Shown: positions 8,749-18,388, counted from the first letter of the stretch. The stretch: DNA of 64,000 bases from an uncultured Candidatus Saccharibacteria bacterium (GCA_964450735.1 CAYVDC010000001.1:5577-69576), one strand, 5' to 3'. Program-made: numbers and translations. Notes: generated by a model not told the origin, from the sequence alone.

Positions 8749-9185
8749 ATTCTTTTAAGCGATTTTGTTAAAAACTTGATGTAAGCTATCATTATTTTTA
8801 TAAATGACTTTTTAATGAATAAGAATGTTTTTTTCTTCACTTCTTTGCTATGAGAAGGCTTATGTTCTTCATATAAGAGAAGTTTTTGTTTATACCTATC
8901 AATCTTTCCTTTATTACGTTTGTACATTTGGAAAAATTCATCTTTGTTATTATTCCCATCCCTAAATTTCCAAATAGAATCTGATAGGGTGGCAATCCAC
9001 TCTTTTTTATTATCATATTCCTTTACATCGGACATTTTCTTATGATTTTTGTAAAAATTAAGTTCCACAGAATCATAAGTGGGTTTTCTTTGAATAACAA
9101 GATTATAGGGTTCGTTATAGAGATTTATTTCTCTTTCCACTACATCCCCTAAAATCAAATTGTTTGCTTCTAATTGCTCAGTCAT
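8745..9185 (-). CDS. hypothetical protein (146 aa)
   Basis: ORF on the dominant strand. Confidence 0.35.
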   Translation of the reverse strand: MTEQLEANNLILGDVVEREINLYNEPYNLVIQRKPTYDSVELNFYKNHKKMSDVKEYDNKKEWIATLSDSIWKFRDGNNNKDEFFQMYKRNKGKIDRYKQKLLLYEEHKPSHSKEVKKKTFLFIKKSFIKIMIAYIKFLTKSLKRI

Positions 9186-9234
9186 AATCTTTATTGTTTA
9201 ATGAAATGCAAAACTAACGGAATAAAATTTAAAA

Positions 9235-9906
9235 TCAAAGATTAATTCCTAATTTTTCCATATTTCTTATAAGGTCTTCGCTTATTTCCATCACTTTAGC
9301 CTCAGAAAGTGCAGATTCTTTATTTAAAGACACAATATCTTTCAATTTTCTTTCCTCTAATAACTTTTCCTGCATATGATTGTACACATCTGACACTGTT
9401 AAAAAGTAACAATTATAACATTTAACACCTAAATTATGTATATCAATGTTATTATGATTGTCATCTTTATAATACAATAAAAGAGGAACTTTTAAATCAG
9501 ATGGTCTTCTATCTCCAAATCCACATTCATCACATTTTTCAATCAAAAATCCATGCCTAAATAAGAAATGTTTAAAATCATCATGTCCTAAATATTTATG
9601 TAACTTTCCTTCTTTGAAAAGTTCTATATGCTTATCTTCAACTTCATTGTATTTTAAACTTTTTAGTTTTAGGTTTTTCTTAACATAAACATTATTTGTT
9701 TTAAAAATAGAAAAATACTCAAACCATGTTTTACTACTGTTTGGTTTTTTAAATTCTTTTAAAATGTTTTTACATAAATTGGAAGTGATGTCTAATTTAA
9801 GAGCCACTTCTTCTATTGTAAGAGAATTAGAACAAACAAAGTTTATATCTTCTTCTGTAAAAACATTTTGATTATCTTTTTTTGACAGTTTCGTGTATGT
9901 CCGCAT
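9235..9906 (-). CDS. HNH-type homing endonuclease-like protein with an N-terminal HTH-like region
   Basis: C-terminal KCDECGFGDRRPSDLKVPLLLYYKDDNHNNIDIHNLGVKCYNCY contains a zinc-linked CxxC...DxNHxN..HNL...CxxC HNH signature. Confidence 0.45.
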   Translation of the reverse strand: MRTYTKLSKKDNQNVFTEEDINFVCSNSLTIEEVALKLDITSNLCKNILKEFKKPNSSKTWFEYFSIFKTNNVYVKKNLKLKSLKYNEVEDKHIELFKEGKLHKYLGHDDFKHFLFRHGFLIEKCDECGFGDRRPSDLKVPLLLYYKDDNHNNIDIHNLGVKCYNCYFLTVSDVYNHMQEKLLEERKLKDIVSLNKESALSEAKVMEISEDLIRNMEKLGINL

Positions 9907-10300
9907 TGTTTTTTATGAAAAACCATAATGTTTGTACATTTTCTAAATATACATCATTGTTGTTAACATCTTTAAGTGGAATTAAGTTTCCATTTTCGTC
10001 AATTCGACCAAAACAATAGAAATAAATTAAATCTTTCACTGTTTTATCAAATGAGAATTCTAATAAACTATCAACTAACTCATAAAATCTTTCTTCAATA
10101 GTGGAAAGGTCTATTCCAAAATCCCTATAAATTAAAGCAGTTCTGTTATCAACGATTTCTAATGTAGAAATTATTTTTTCAAATAACAACCTTTTTCTGT
10201 CTTCCTCTGTTATTTTCTTTCTACTTAATGATAGCTTAGACTTTGTTATCTTCTCTAAGCTGTTTTTTATATTTTCTATATTGTCGTCTGGGGATTTCAT
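9872..10300 (-). CDS. hypothetical protein (142 aa)
   Basis: ORF on the dominant strand. Confidence 0.35.
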   Translation of the reverse strand: MKSPDDNIENIKNSLEKITKSKLSLSRKKITEEDRKRLLFEKIISTLEIVDNRTALIYRDFGIDLSTIEERFYELVDSLLEFSFDKTVKDLIYFYCFGRIDENGNLIPLKDVNNNDVYLENVQTLWFFIKNNADIHETVKKR

Positions 10301-10598
10301 TAATTTTTCGTTTAACGTCTAATAAATTTTGGCATTTTTCAAAATCTTCAATATTTTCATAATAGGATATGGCACTATTTAATGCGTTTCCCCATTGTTC
10401 TCTGTCAATTTTAACACAATATCCCGAATGATTAATGTGAAAAAGATTGGCATAGTCTTTTTTAATAGAATTCTTTATTGAAGCATATACATTTTCATAT
10501 ATAGCTTTTAAAAACCAATCAGTTTTCTCTAAATTGGAAAGCATTTCCTCACTTGGAAACTGAATAAATAAATCAGGTATTTTCGGGGTGGTTGGCAA
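10236..10598 (-). CDS. hypothetical protein (120 aa)
   Basis: ORF on the dominant strand. Confidence 0.3.
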   Translation of the reverse strand: MPTTPKIPDLFIQFPSEEMLSNLEKTDWFLKAIYENVYASIKNSIKKDYANLFHINHSGYCVKIDREQWGNALNSAISYYENIEDFEKCQNLLDVKRKINEIPRRQYRKYKKQLREDNKV

Positions 10599-10941
10599 AG
10601 CTATCTTTGATTAGTTTTTCAAAATATACAAGTCTAATTAAATATCCCACAGTGTTTTCATAAGCAACGTCCCCATCAATATCCACTGATAGTCCCACCT
10701 TTCCTAAATTTTGATTTAATTGTAATTGAAGTTGGGTGGAAAGTTCTTCTGAAATAGGTTGTCCGTTCAATGGACTTAATTGGATACGAATTCCCTGCTT
10801 TGTGGGGTCTTCATTGGCATCAATTTTAAGTCTATACGGCACTCCATTATAAACTATCTTGCTCAGGCTCTCCTTTAGGATTGATTTCAGGTTCATTTTT
10901 TGATTTTTTAAACTTTTCAATAGTGGTGAAACCAAGACCAA
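10573..10941 (-). CDS. hypothetical protein (122 aa)
   Basis: ORF on the dominant strand. Confidence 0.3.
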   Translation of the reverse strand: MVLVSPLLKSLKNQKMNLKSILKESLSKIVYNGVPYRLKIDANEDPTKQGIRIQLSPLNGQPISEELSTQLQLQLNQNLGKVGLSVDIDGDVAYENTVGYLIRLVYFEKLIKDSFANHPENT

Positions 10942-11110
10942 TCAATACAATTGACAAAAGACCATCAAATATAAATACACTTATTTGATAATTAGTCAAT
11001 AAGTCTATAATAGAAATAACATCTATAACTAATAGAGTGGTGAGGGCGGCAAATCGCTTTGAAGAAATAGCACCTTTTGAACTAAATAGACTTATTAAAA
11101 ATGATTTCAC
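10847..11110 (-). CDS. small membrane protein (87 aa)
   Basis: Two hydrophobic segments (LTTLLVIDVISIIDLL and LLSIVLIGLGF). Confidence 0.3.
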   Translation of the reverse strand: MKSFLISLFSSKGAISSKRFAALTTLLVIDVISIIDLLTNYQISVFIFDGLLSIVLIGLGFTTIEKFKKSKNEPEINPKGEPEQDSL

Positions 11111-11134
11111 GACACTGTTTTCTTATAAATAGTG

Positions 11135-11629
11135 TCATTTATTCTTTTTAACAGTGTTAGACTTAACTAAATCAATTAATTCTTGTAAACAATAGTAAAC
11201 ATTAGAAAGTCCTGCTTTATCATCTAAAAGAACATTGTAATAAATCTTTCTTGGTTCTTTTTCATATTTCATCTTTTCAAAATATTCTAAAGCAATGGGA
11301 GAATTTTCATTTATTTTATCAAATGGAAGAGAGTGTTCTTTCCAAAACGATTTAACATGATTTTCATCTCTATTTGCCGTAAAAATAATAATATAAGCAT
11401 CTAAATATGTTTTACAATCTCGAACCAACCTCCTCACCATTTCATGTTCCCCGTCAGAGTGCCATTTTTCGATAGTGTCGTCGTGGTCAACTGCTATGAT
11501 GTAATGTGGATATTTTTTATATTCATCCACCATCCTATCCATCACCTTTTGAGGACGCATAAAATAGTCCAATTTACGTTGCTCCTTTATATGTTTTAAA
11601 TTAACTATTTCAAACGGTTTTATTATCAT
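11135..11629 (-). CDS. HAD-superfamily phosphatase-like protein
   Basis: IIAVDHDDTI resembles HAD motif I (DxDxT). NVLLDDKAG resembles motif IV (DD). Confidence 0.4.
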   Translation of the reverse strand: MIIKPFEIVNLKHIKEQRKLDYFMRPQKVMDRMVDEYKKYPHYIIAVDHDDTIEKWHSDGEHEMVRRLVRDCKTYLDAYIIIFTANRDENHVKSFWKEHSLPFDKINENSPIALEYFEKMKYEKEPRKIYYNVLLDDKAGLSNVYYCLQELIDLVKSNTVKKNK

Positions 11630-11870
11630 ATTTTGATATAGTTTTTACAATCCAATCAGAATATCCATCGGGGTTATATGGTTCTAAACCTGCTTCCACC
11701 ATTTCAAAAGTGTTAAATCCTTCTTTATAAGCATTTTTTAGTAAGATGTATAATGCCTGATAGCTTATATTAAATGATGTACTTTTTTCTTCTTCTCTTA
11801 TATTAGTCCCATTCATGTAAATATAAATTTCTATTTTCCACCCCACAATGTAATGCTTTTTCAATATCAC
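11610..11870 (-). CDS. hypothetical protein (86 aa)
   Basis: ORF on the dominant strand. Confidence 0.3.
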   Translation of the reverse strand: MILKKHYIVGWKIEIYIYMNGTNIREEEKSTSFNISYQALYILLKNAYKEGFNTFEMVEAGLEPYNPDGYSDWIVKTISKYDNKTV

Positions 11871-12048
11871 AATGATATATGATGGTTTCTTTTTCAGGAC
11901 TCACCATGCAAGTTATACCCATTAAAGCATTATAAAATTTATCCATATTAAGTCCTTCAAATTTAGAAATAATTTCATCTATTTCAGACCTAACAAATCC
12001 TTGTGGATATTTTGTTTTGAAATTATAAACTTCTTCGCGGATATTCAT
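11803..12048 (-). CDS. hypothetical protein (81 aa)
   Basis: ORF on the dominant strand. Confidence 0.3.
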   Translation of the reverse strand: MNIREEVYNFKTKYPQGFVRSEIDEIISKFEGLNMDKFYNALMGITCMVSPEKETIIYHCDIEKALHCGVENRNLYLHEWD

Positions 12049-12230
12049 TATATTTCTCTTAAAAATAATGTAAGAGCCTCATTCAAATCAGGACTATCAA
12101 CTTCGATTTCTCCATCGCCAACCAAATAATTTCCTGCATAGTAGAATATAGAGATTTCTTCTCCTAATTCTTTTACAATTTTTTCAATAAGTTGTTCTGT
12201 TGTCATTTTATTTTAATTTTTAAAAAGAAA

Positions 12231-12320
12231 ATTCCCCAAGTCTCAAATTTTCCATGCGCATTTCAGAGCCTGTTTACTCATTGAAGCGCATGATAGTTTC
12301 CACTTGGGCTTTCGATTGGG
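12231..12320 (-). repeat. 90-bp imperfect palindrome forming a three-segment hairpin. Paired segments are AATTCCCCAA/TTGGGGAATT, CCCAAGT/ACTTGGG and CATGCGC/GCGCATG. On the minus strand it is followed by TTCTTTTT, so it may act as a terminator or structured RNA.
   Basis: Inverted-repeat arms read directly from the sequence. It lies downstream of the methyltransferase gene that ends at 12467. Confidence 0.45.
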
Positions 12321-12466
12321 GAATTTATTCCGCAATAATTATATACTTTAAACCATTTTCCATTTCAATAAGTTCACCACTATTCATTATTTTGTCAAAA
12401 ATGTCAGGTTCTAATATCGAATAAAACCATTCTATTGTATTTTGAATTATAATCTGTTTCCCTGTT

Positions 12467-12985
12467 TTAGTCTCCATTTTCTGCCATCACCATAAAAGAA
12501 TTGTTTAAATCTATTCCACTGACAAATATATTTTTCCAATCTCTATCTACTAAATAATCTCTTAGAATTGTTGGGGATAGATGATGAATATGTTTCCTAT
12601 TATTCCAACATCTCCAATAAATTTGTGAATAATCAGGAAGATAGAGAAATAATACACCATTGTTTACTAATTTAGTTTTCCAATAATCCAACACTTCCAC
12701 CCAATCATCAATGTGTTCAATACAATGACTACTAAAAATATAATCAAATTGTCCTGATGGGAGATTTAGGGCATGTAATAAATGATTTTCTTCATCATAT
12801 TCATTAAATTCTAAATCAATTGGGATGGAAAAAGGAAAAGCCCAATGTCTATATTTACATCCAACATCAACTCCCCTTCCTTTACAAACATTTAATGCAA
12901 ATGGAATTGCAAATCGAGCCGCATTTCCTTCTGTTTGAAATTTCGGATATGAAGCTCCTTTATATTCTATAACATCAATAGGCAT
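12467..12985 (-). CDS. class I SAM-dependent methyltransferase
   Basis: GRGVDVGCKYRHW matches motif I (G.D.GCG). FDYIFSSHCIEHI is typical of the Methyltransf_11/23 type. Confidence 0.55.
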   Translation of the reverse strand: MPIDVIEYKGASYPKFQTEGNAARFAIPFALNVCKGRGVDVGCKYRHWAFPFSIPIDLEFNEYDEENHLLHALNLPSGQFDYIFSSHCIEHIDDWVEVLDYWKTKLVNNGVLFLYLPDYSQIYWRCWNNRKHIHHLSPTILRDYLVDRDWKNIFVSGIDLNNSFMVMAENGD

Positions 12986-12987
12986 TT

Positions 12988-13605
12988 CTATAAATTCAAA
13001 TAAAAGTTGTTTTGTGATTCTTGCTTTTCAATAGTTTTTATGTGATGAAAGAACATTGTTGGTGGAAGATAGGAATATGTTTTATAATTTGTCAATTTTT
13101 CATGCACTTTATTCATCCATTTTATCCCTTTTCCATTTTTAAATATTCTCCATTGATAATCTTCTCCATTAATGTTCCCAAATCCATCCATTTTCCATCC
13201 CCATTTTTTCAAATGTTCTTGTGTTATTCCTAACACTTTGTTCTTTCTTGGAATTGCAAATATATCAATAACATCGTTCACAATCAATACATTTTTGATA
13301 TATTTTAAAAACAATTCACATGGAATTTCATCAGCATCTATTTGCACTATATATTCTCCTATTGGTGAATAGTTAAATAGTTGATTTTTGAAATTAGCAA
13401 AATGATTATTCAATGGATACCCATAACTTCTAATAGGTGCTACTTCTTTAAACGAATTTATAACACTTTTTACTCCTTCTGTCACTTTAGAAGTGTCATA
13501 TTGGATGATGATTTCATCTTCTATTAATGTCGGAACAAGTGTTGTTAGAAGATTTTTCAATTCATCTTCTTCATCACAAGCTGTAATAAAATATGTTAGT
13601 TTCAT
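12988..13605 (-). CDS. glycosyltransferase family 2-like protein
   Basis: ITACDEEDELKNLL...IIIQYDTS...IVQIDADE matches the GT2 N-terminal pattern with a DxD-like IDADE. Confidence 0.45.
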   Translation of the reverse strand: MKLTYFITACDEEDELKNLLTTLVPTLIEDEIIIQYDTSKVTEGVKSVINSFKEVAPIRSYGYPLNNHFANFKNQLFNYSPIGEYIVQIDADEIPCELFLKYIKNVLIVNDVIDIFAIPRKNKVLGITQEHLKKWGWKMDGFGNINGEDYQWRIFKNGKGIKWMNKVHEKLTNYKTYSYLPPTMFFHHIKTIEKQESQNNFYLNL

Positions 13606-14042
13606 AGTTTATCCAATGAAAGTCCAATAGCAGAACAGGCTTCTTCAAAGAAATGATAGGGAAATAAAACAGATTTTTCAAAATTAGCCCTTCCATCTTC
13701 CTTTGGAGCTATTCTCCATTTACAATCATCTTTATTGCTTCCATCTAAGAACATAATAATATGTTTATTATCAAAAAAGAATGGAGACCAAAAGTTTCCT
13801 TCTTCATCTAAAATAGAAACATCTTTAAATAGTTCGGGAACTGCTTCTGAATCCATGTATTTTTCTGACAATAGTTTTCCATCAATTATTTTATTCATTG
13901 ATTTAACACATGTCAATCCACATGATTTACATATAGAACTATTTAATTCGTTAATAGTGGTGACTTCTTCCCCATTTCCACATGGACATTTTTCAACGGA
14001 AAGTGTATATTCGTTTTCTAATTCAAATTCTTTATCTTTCAT
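13602..14042 (-). CDS. hypothetical Cys-rich protein (146 aa)
   Basis: CPCG...CKSCGLTC cysteine cluster. Translationally coupled to the flanking glycosyltransferase genes. Confidence 0.35.
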   Translation of the reverse strand: MKDKEFELENEYTLSVEKCPCGNGEEVTTINELNSSICKSCGLTCVKSMNKIIDGKLLSEKYMDSEAVPELFKDVSILDEEGNFWSPFFFDNKHIIMFLDGSNKDDCKWRIAPKEDGRANFEKSVLFPYHFFEEACSAIGLSLDKL

Positions 14043-15328
14043 GGCATATTATAATCAAAATTGATAAAATCGGGAAGGACAATTTCTCTTTCGATTGGAA
14101 TAAATTCATCTATAATTTTTTCTAATTCATTTTTCATTTTTGAAAGAGAAAATTTATTAGAATGTATTTGTTGAAGTTTAGCTCCTTTCAAATGTCCTTT
14201 ATAGTCATCGAAAACTTCTTTCATCACTCTCGCCGCATCTTGATAATCAATAGTGAACCATGAAGATTCAGGAATTAACATATCTTTTACAACAGCACTT
14301 CCGTCAATCTTGTCAATTACTCCTCCGATTAAATTAACATATCTCTTATCCAAATAATCAAGATGTCCACTCCAATTTGAAACTACTATTGGCTTTCCTG
14401 CGGATGCCGTAAATTCTAAAATAGGTTTTCCAAACCCTTCTCCCTTAGTAAATGAAACAAAACTCTTCACTTTTCTATGATTGTAGAGTTCATTCATTTC
14501 TTCGTCTGATAATTCTCCATGAATCAAATAGATGTTAGGGAGTATTGATGCTGATACAGAGTTTCTGATAGAATTTATTTTATTTAAAATATCATCTCTA
14601 TCTAAAATTGACGTTGTTGCACCGCTTGTTTTCAATATTAATGCAGGACGATTAGTTGTTTTGTTTTTAAAAGTTTCCAAAAACACTTTAACTAACATTC
14701 CAACGTCTTTTCTATCATGTCCAATGTTTCCTTGAAGCCATGTTCCCACAAATAAAAAACAAAAATCTTCACTAATTTCTCTCATTGTCTCAGAGAGGTC
14801 TTGTGATTTATATTCTTTTATTGAATTTAATGGTTTGAAAATTTCTTCATTAAACCCTTCAAATAACACTTTTATCGGTTTAACCACTTCAATTGGTGTC
14901 ACAGACCCATCAGCTTCATTTCTTAATTCATATTTGGTGTCTAAAAATATCTTTTTAGTAAATTCAGAAGGAACTATAACCAAATCGGCTTTATTACATC
15001 CTTCAATCCAAGCAGATGGAGCTACTGTTGTTTCAATACCGGAAGTGAATAAAATGTTATATTCTCCCACAGGATTAAACTCATTTGGGATACCAACATG
15101 AATATAAACATCAGGTTTTTTAGAAAGAACATTTTCTCTTACATACTTTTTTACAACATCATCATCGGGGAGATAACCAAATTTAGTGTTCCCCCATTTT
15201 AAACTAATTAAATGTATATCCCAATCTTCATGTTTTAAATCTATGATGGATTTACAAATGTCATATGATTTCTTTCCATATCCTGAAAGTGTATCAAAAC
15301 ATGAAGTGATTACAGCATATTTTTTCAC
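14039..15328 (-). CDS. GT-B fold glycosyltransferase (GT4 / Glycos_transf_1-like)
   Basis: C-terminal TKGEGFGKPILEFTASAGKPIVVSNWSGHLDYL matches the E.FG...EA.A.G.PVI...GG motif of retaining GT4 enzymes. Confidence 0.55.
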   Translation of the reverse strand: MKKYAVITSCFDTLSGYGKKSYDICKSIIDLKHEDWDIHLISLKWGNTKFGYLPDDDVVKKYVRENVLSKKPDVYIHVGIPNEFNPVGEYNILFTSGIETTVAPSAWIEGCNKADLVIVPSEFTKKIFLDTKYELRNEADGSVTPIEVVKPIKVLFEGFNEEIFKPLNSIKEYKSQDLSETMREISEDFCFLFVGTWLQGNIGHDRKDVGMLVKVFLETFKNKTTNRPALILKTSGATTSILDRDDILNKINSIRNSVSASILPNIYLIHGELSDEEMNELYNHRKVKSFVSFTKGEGFGKPILEFTASAGKPIVVSNWSGHLDYLDKRYVNLIGGVIDKIDGSAVVKDMLIPESSWFTIDYQDAARVMKEVFDDYKGHLKGAKLQQIHSNKFSLSKMKNELEKIIDEFIPIEREIVLPDFINFDYNMP

Positions 15329-16758
15329 AATGAAATAGGGTGTTTTTGGTAATGTTTGTTTTGTAATTTCTTCACTTTTATAACATCGAATCTACTTCTT
15401 CTCTTAACAGATTGAATGGTGGCTTCTATTCCGTCAATAATACCATTAGCCATGTCCGTAGATTTCATTTTAGCCTCTTGTGAAATAGCCCAAGCTCTCC
15501 CCGCCAATCCACATTCTCTTCTTTCCTCTGATGGGAGTTGATATGTATTATATAGCTCATTAGCCACTTCTTGTGGGTCAACTCTATCATCAAAGATATA
15601 GGGAGTGGGTGGACTTCCTAATAGAGAAATGTTAGAAGGGAATATTGGGATAGCCCATTTTCCACATTTTTTATATTTTCCTCTATGATTGGTTTGAAAT
15701 GTTTCATTAAAATCAATCCAATTTCCTTTTTCATCTTCAAATCTCATTTGGTCTTGAATACCTCCTGTTACATTTCCCAAAATCATTCTACCTGCCATCA
15801 TAGATTCTGTCATCGACAGCCCCCATCCCTCATTAGAAGATATTAACATTGTCACATCAGCACAATTATATAGGAAATTCATCATGTCAATTCCATATTT
15901 TCCATCTGTAAAGAATACGTTGTATTTTTTTTCATCTCCAAACAACATATCTTTTACGGCAAACAAATCTGTTCCATTTACATCTATGGGGTCTGTGTGT
16001 AAAACAAGTCCCACTTTTTCAATTTCCTTATCAGAGAGTTTGTCACAAAATAATTTGAATGAAAGGAGAACGTCAGCAGGAGATTTTCGTCTAATATTAC
16101 GGGAATTCCATAAAGCAACAAAATCTAATTTCTTTCCACCAAATAAATTGTTTTTAAATTCTAAATATTCTTTAGTTTCAATCACAAGTGGATAAAACGC
16201 TTTATGATTGATTCCATGTGGAACAAATGAAGTGTATTTCTCACTTGCTTTATCTCCAAGAACTAATTTATTAATGTTATAGGTTTGTTTTGAAATAGCA
16301 ATAAGTCCGTCACATGATTCATAATAAGGCTTATTGTACATAGGAAGTGGCAGGTCATCCCAAATGTTATAATAAACAATGGGAATTTGAGTTCTAATAT
16401 CTCTTTCTACATTAAAAAGCCATCCATAATAACGTGGGTCTGTTATTATCATTAAAGCATCAGGTTTTTCTGTTTTTATGAGAAATTTAACTAAATCTTC
16501 ATCTCCATACCCATCAACACATATAGTATGAACCCAACTATCTTTTAAATTAGCCACTTCATTCACACTTGTTGACATATCAAATCTAACACCTTTATCG
16601 GGATGATTTTGCAGTCCACCAATACATATCCAATTATAAACATGAGCAGAGTTCACTATAATTTCTCTTGAAATAGTAGCCACTCCACTATGAGTTCTAA
16701 TATCATCACTAATGAGAAGAATTTTTCTTCTATTATCCCTTTCAATATATTTGTGCAT
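15325..16758 (-). CDS. GT-B fold glycosyltransferase (GT4-like)
   Basis: SSNEGWGLSMTESMMAGRMILGNVTGGIQDQM matches the EGFGL...EAMA.G.P.I....GG motif. The N-terminal half is Rossmann-like. Confidence 0.55.
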   Translation of the reverse strand: MHKYIERDNRRKILLISDDIRTHSGVATISREIIVNSAHVYNWICIGGLQNHPDKGVRFDMSTSVNEVANLKDSWVHTICVDGYGDEDLVKFLIKTEKPDALMIITDPRYYGWLFNVERDIRTQIPIVYYNIWDDLPLPMYNKPYYESCDGLIAISKQTYNINKLVLGDKASEKYTSFVPHGINHKAFYPLVIETKEYLEFKNNLFGGKKLDFVALWNSRNIRRKSPADVLLSFKLFCDKLSDKEIEKVGLVLHTDPIDVNGTDLFAVKDMLFGDEKKYNVFFTDGKYGIDMMNFLYNCADVTMLISSNEGWGLSMTESMMAGRMILGNVTGGIQDQMRFEDEKGNWIDFNETFQTNHRGKYKKCGKWAIPIFPSNISLLGSPPTPYIFDDRVDPQEVANELYNTYQLPSEERRECGLAGRAWAISQEAKMKSTDMANGIIDGIEATIQSVKRRSRFDVIKVKKLQNKHYQKHPISL

Positions 16759-16763
16759 AAATT

Positions 16764-16961
16764 TTAATATTGACTTCCTGATATTTTTAAATCCAAATGA
16801 GCCTCTATTTTTTTTCTAAATTCTTCATCGGTGATGTAAAGGTGCATGGCTCTATTTAACAGTTTTTGTTGACTGAAATCGCGCATAATAGCTAAATATT
16901 TAAAACTCTTATGCAGTTCTGTTAAAATATCAGTGGAAGTGAGTTTATTATTCTTATCCAT
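16764..16961 (-). CDS. hypothetical protein (65 aa)
   Basis: Small ORF on the dominant strand. Confidence 0.3.
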   Translation of the reverse strand: MDKNNKLTSTDILTELHKSFKYLAIMRDFSQQKLLNRAMHLYITDEEFRKKIEAHLDLKISGSQY

Positions 16962-17130
16962 ATATCTATATTTTCATATACATATATAGAATATACACAA
17001 AAAAATATATTATTTGTAAAAATAATATATTTTTCCGTCAATTTTACTCAAACAGCCATAAAATTCTTTCATTTCAATATAACATATTCCCATAGAAAAA
17101 ATCAAATAGTCTTTTTTATCAAATGAAGAA

Positions 17131-17487
17131 TTACTGATTATGTTCAATGTAATTAAGTTCTATAAATTTCTTTTGAATTACACCATTTTGATTTAATTCA
17201 TTTTCTGTCCAAAAATAATCATTTATTGTTAAATATTCGACAGCTTGTATGAATTTATTTGAAAAATCTTTTATATCACCAACAATATTTGTTGAAAATC
17301 TTTCAAATATAGAAACAAACGACAGTCCTTCTATTTCTGATTTTTTCTCTCGTGTTATATTGGTGGGAATTCTTGTTAGAAACTTAGCAAAGAAATTACA
17401 ATCATCTACTAAGTATCCATTATTTCTCCTTTCAGGATGTTTTTTATAAAATTCCAATGCTTGTGAAATGAATTCCTTTTCTGTCAT
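17131..17487 (-). CDS. hypothetical protein (118 aa)
   Basis: ORF on the dominant strand. Confidence 0.35.
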   Translation of the reverse strand: MTEKEFISQALEFYKKHPERRNNGYLVDDCNFFAKFLTRIPTNITREKKSEIEGLSFVSIFERFSTNIVGDIKDFSNKFIQAVEYLTINDYFWTENELNQNGVIQKKFIELNYIEHNQ

Positions 17488-17490
17488 TGG

Positions 17491-17826
17491 TTATTTCCAA
17501 AATTGTTCAAAATAATCACTTGGGTTCAAATTTCTCTTTTTGAGAATCAAATATTTATCTTCTTTCGTTAAAGAAAGTTCAGCAAATACATTTTTCTTTT
17601 CTAAAACGGCTGTTATAACACGTTCTGATAGTTCATCTACGACAGGAGTTTCCACAATTTCGGGGGTTTTATTAATTCCAATTTCGGCTTCAAAAGATGA
17701 TTTATAACATTTAATGGTGAGAATTATCCCATCATCTGTTATTTTTCCCTTTGTTATTTCTATTTTTTCAACACTTGCATCTTGCAATATGGTTGAAATT
17801 TGATTAAATAGTTCTGTATTGTTCAT
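17491..17826 (-). CDS. hypothetical protein (111 aa)
   Basis: ORF on the dominant strand. Confidence 0.35.
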   Translation of the reverse strand: MNNTELFNQISTILQDASVEKIEITKGKITDDGIILTIKCYKSSFEAEIGINKTPEIVETPVVDELSERVITAVLEKKNVFAELSLTKEDKYLILKKRNLNPSDYFEQFWK

Positions 17827-18062
17827 TTTATTACAACTTCTCCTTCTAAAAATCCATAATTAGAATGTTCTCTGAAATATTTAACATGCGTTAAAGTGTC
17901 TTCTGTCAACACCCACATGCTCGCATCTTTCCAAGTGATGTTTAAGAATTTTTCATTCTTATTCAAAACTATTTCTGTTTTTCCACCAAATAATTTTGTA
18001 CGTTTATTATCCGTACAACTAAATAAAAAAATTAAAAGGAGTATTAAAAATAATTTATTCAT
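17823..18062 (-). CDS. putative lipoprotein (79 aa)
   Basis: MNKLFLILLLIFLFSCTDNK is a signal peptide with a lipobox-like FSC. Confidence 0.35.
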   Translation of the reverse strand: MNKLFLILLLIFLFSCTDNKRTKLFGGKTEIVLNKNEKFLNITWKDASMWVLTEDTLTHVKYFREHSNYGFLEGEVVIK

Positions 18063-18353
18063 TTATTTTATGTTTTTTAATTTTTCTCCAAAAATTCCTC
18101 TCATTACAATTACATCGTCTCTTAAAACAATACAATGTAGTCCCAATTCATCATCTACACTGTCATTGCAAATGACACTCTGAACATTAATTCCCTTGTG
18201 GACAATGGATGGAATTGGAATTATATGTTTTCCTTTAAAAATGTCCAATTGCGAAAGTTCCTTTTCATACAATTTCAATAAACTATATGAAATCAGCATG
18301 TTTTCTCCACCATTTTTAATGATGAATCGTTTTAATTGCTCAATCATGCGCAA
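18063..18353 (-). CDS. hypothetical protein (96 aa)
   Basis: ORF on the dominant strand. Confidence 0.35.
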   Translation of the reverse strand: MRMIEQLKRFIIKNGGENMLISYSLLKLYEKELSQLDIFKGKHIIPIPSIVHKGINVQSVICNDSVDDELGLHCIVLRDDVIVMRGIFGEKLKNIK

Positions 18354-18388
18354 AATTAAATAGAATATTTGAATATTCCAAATTTTAT

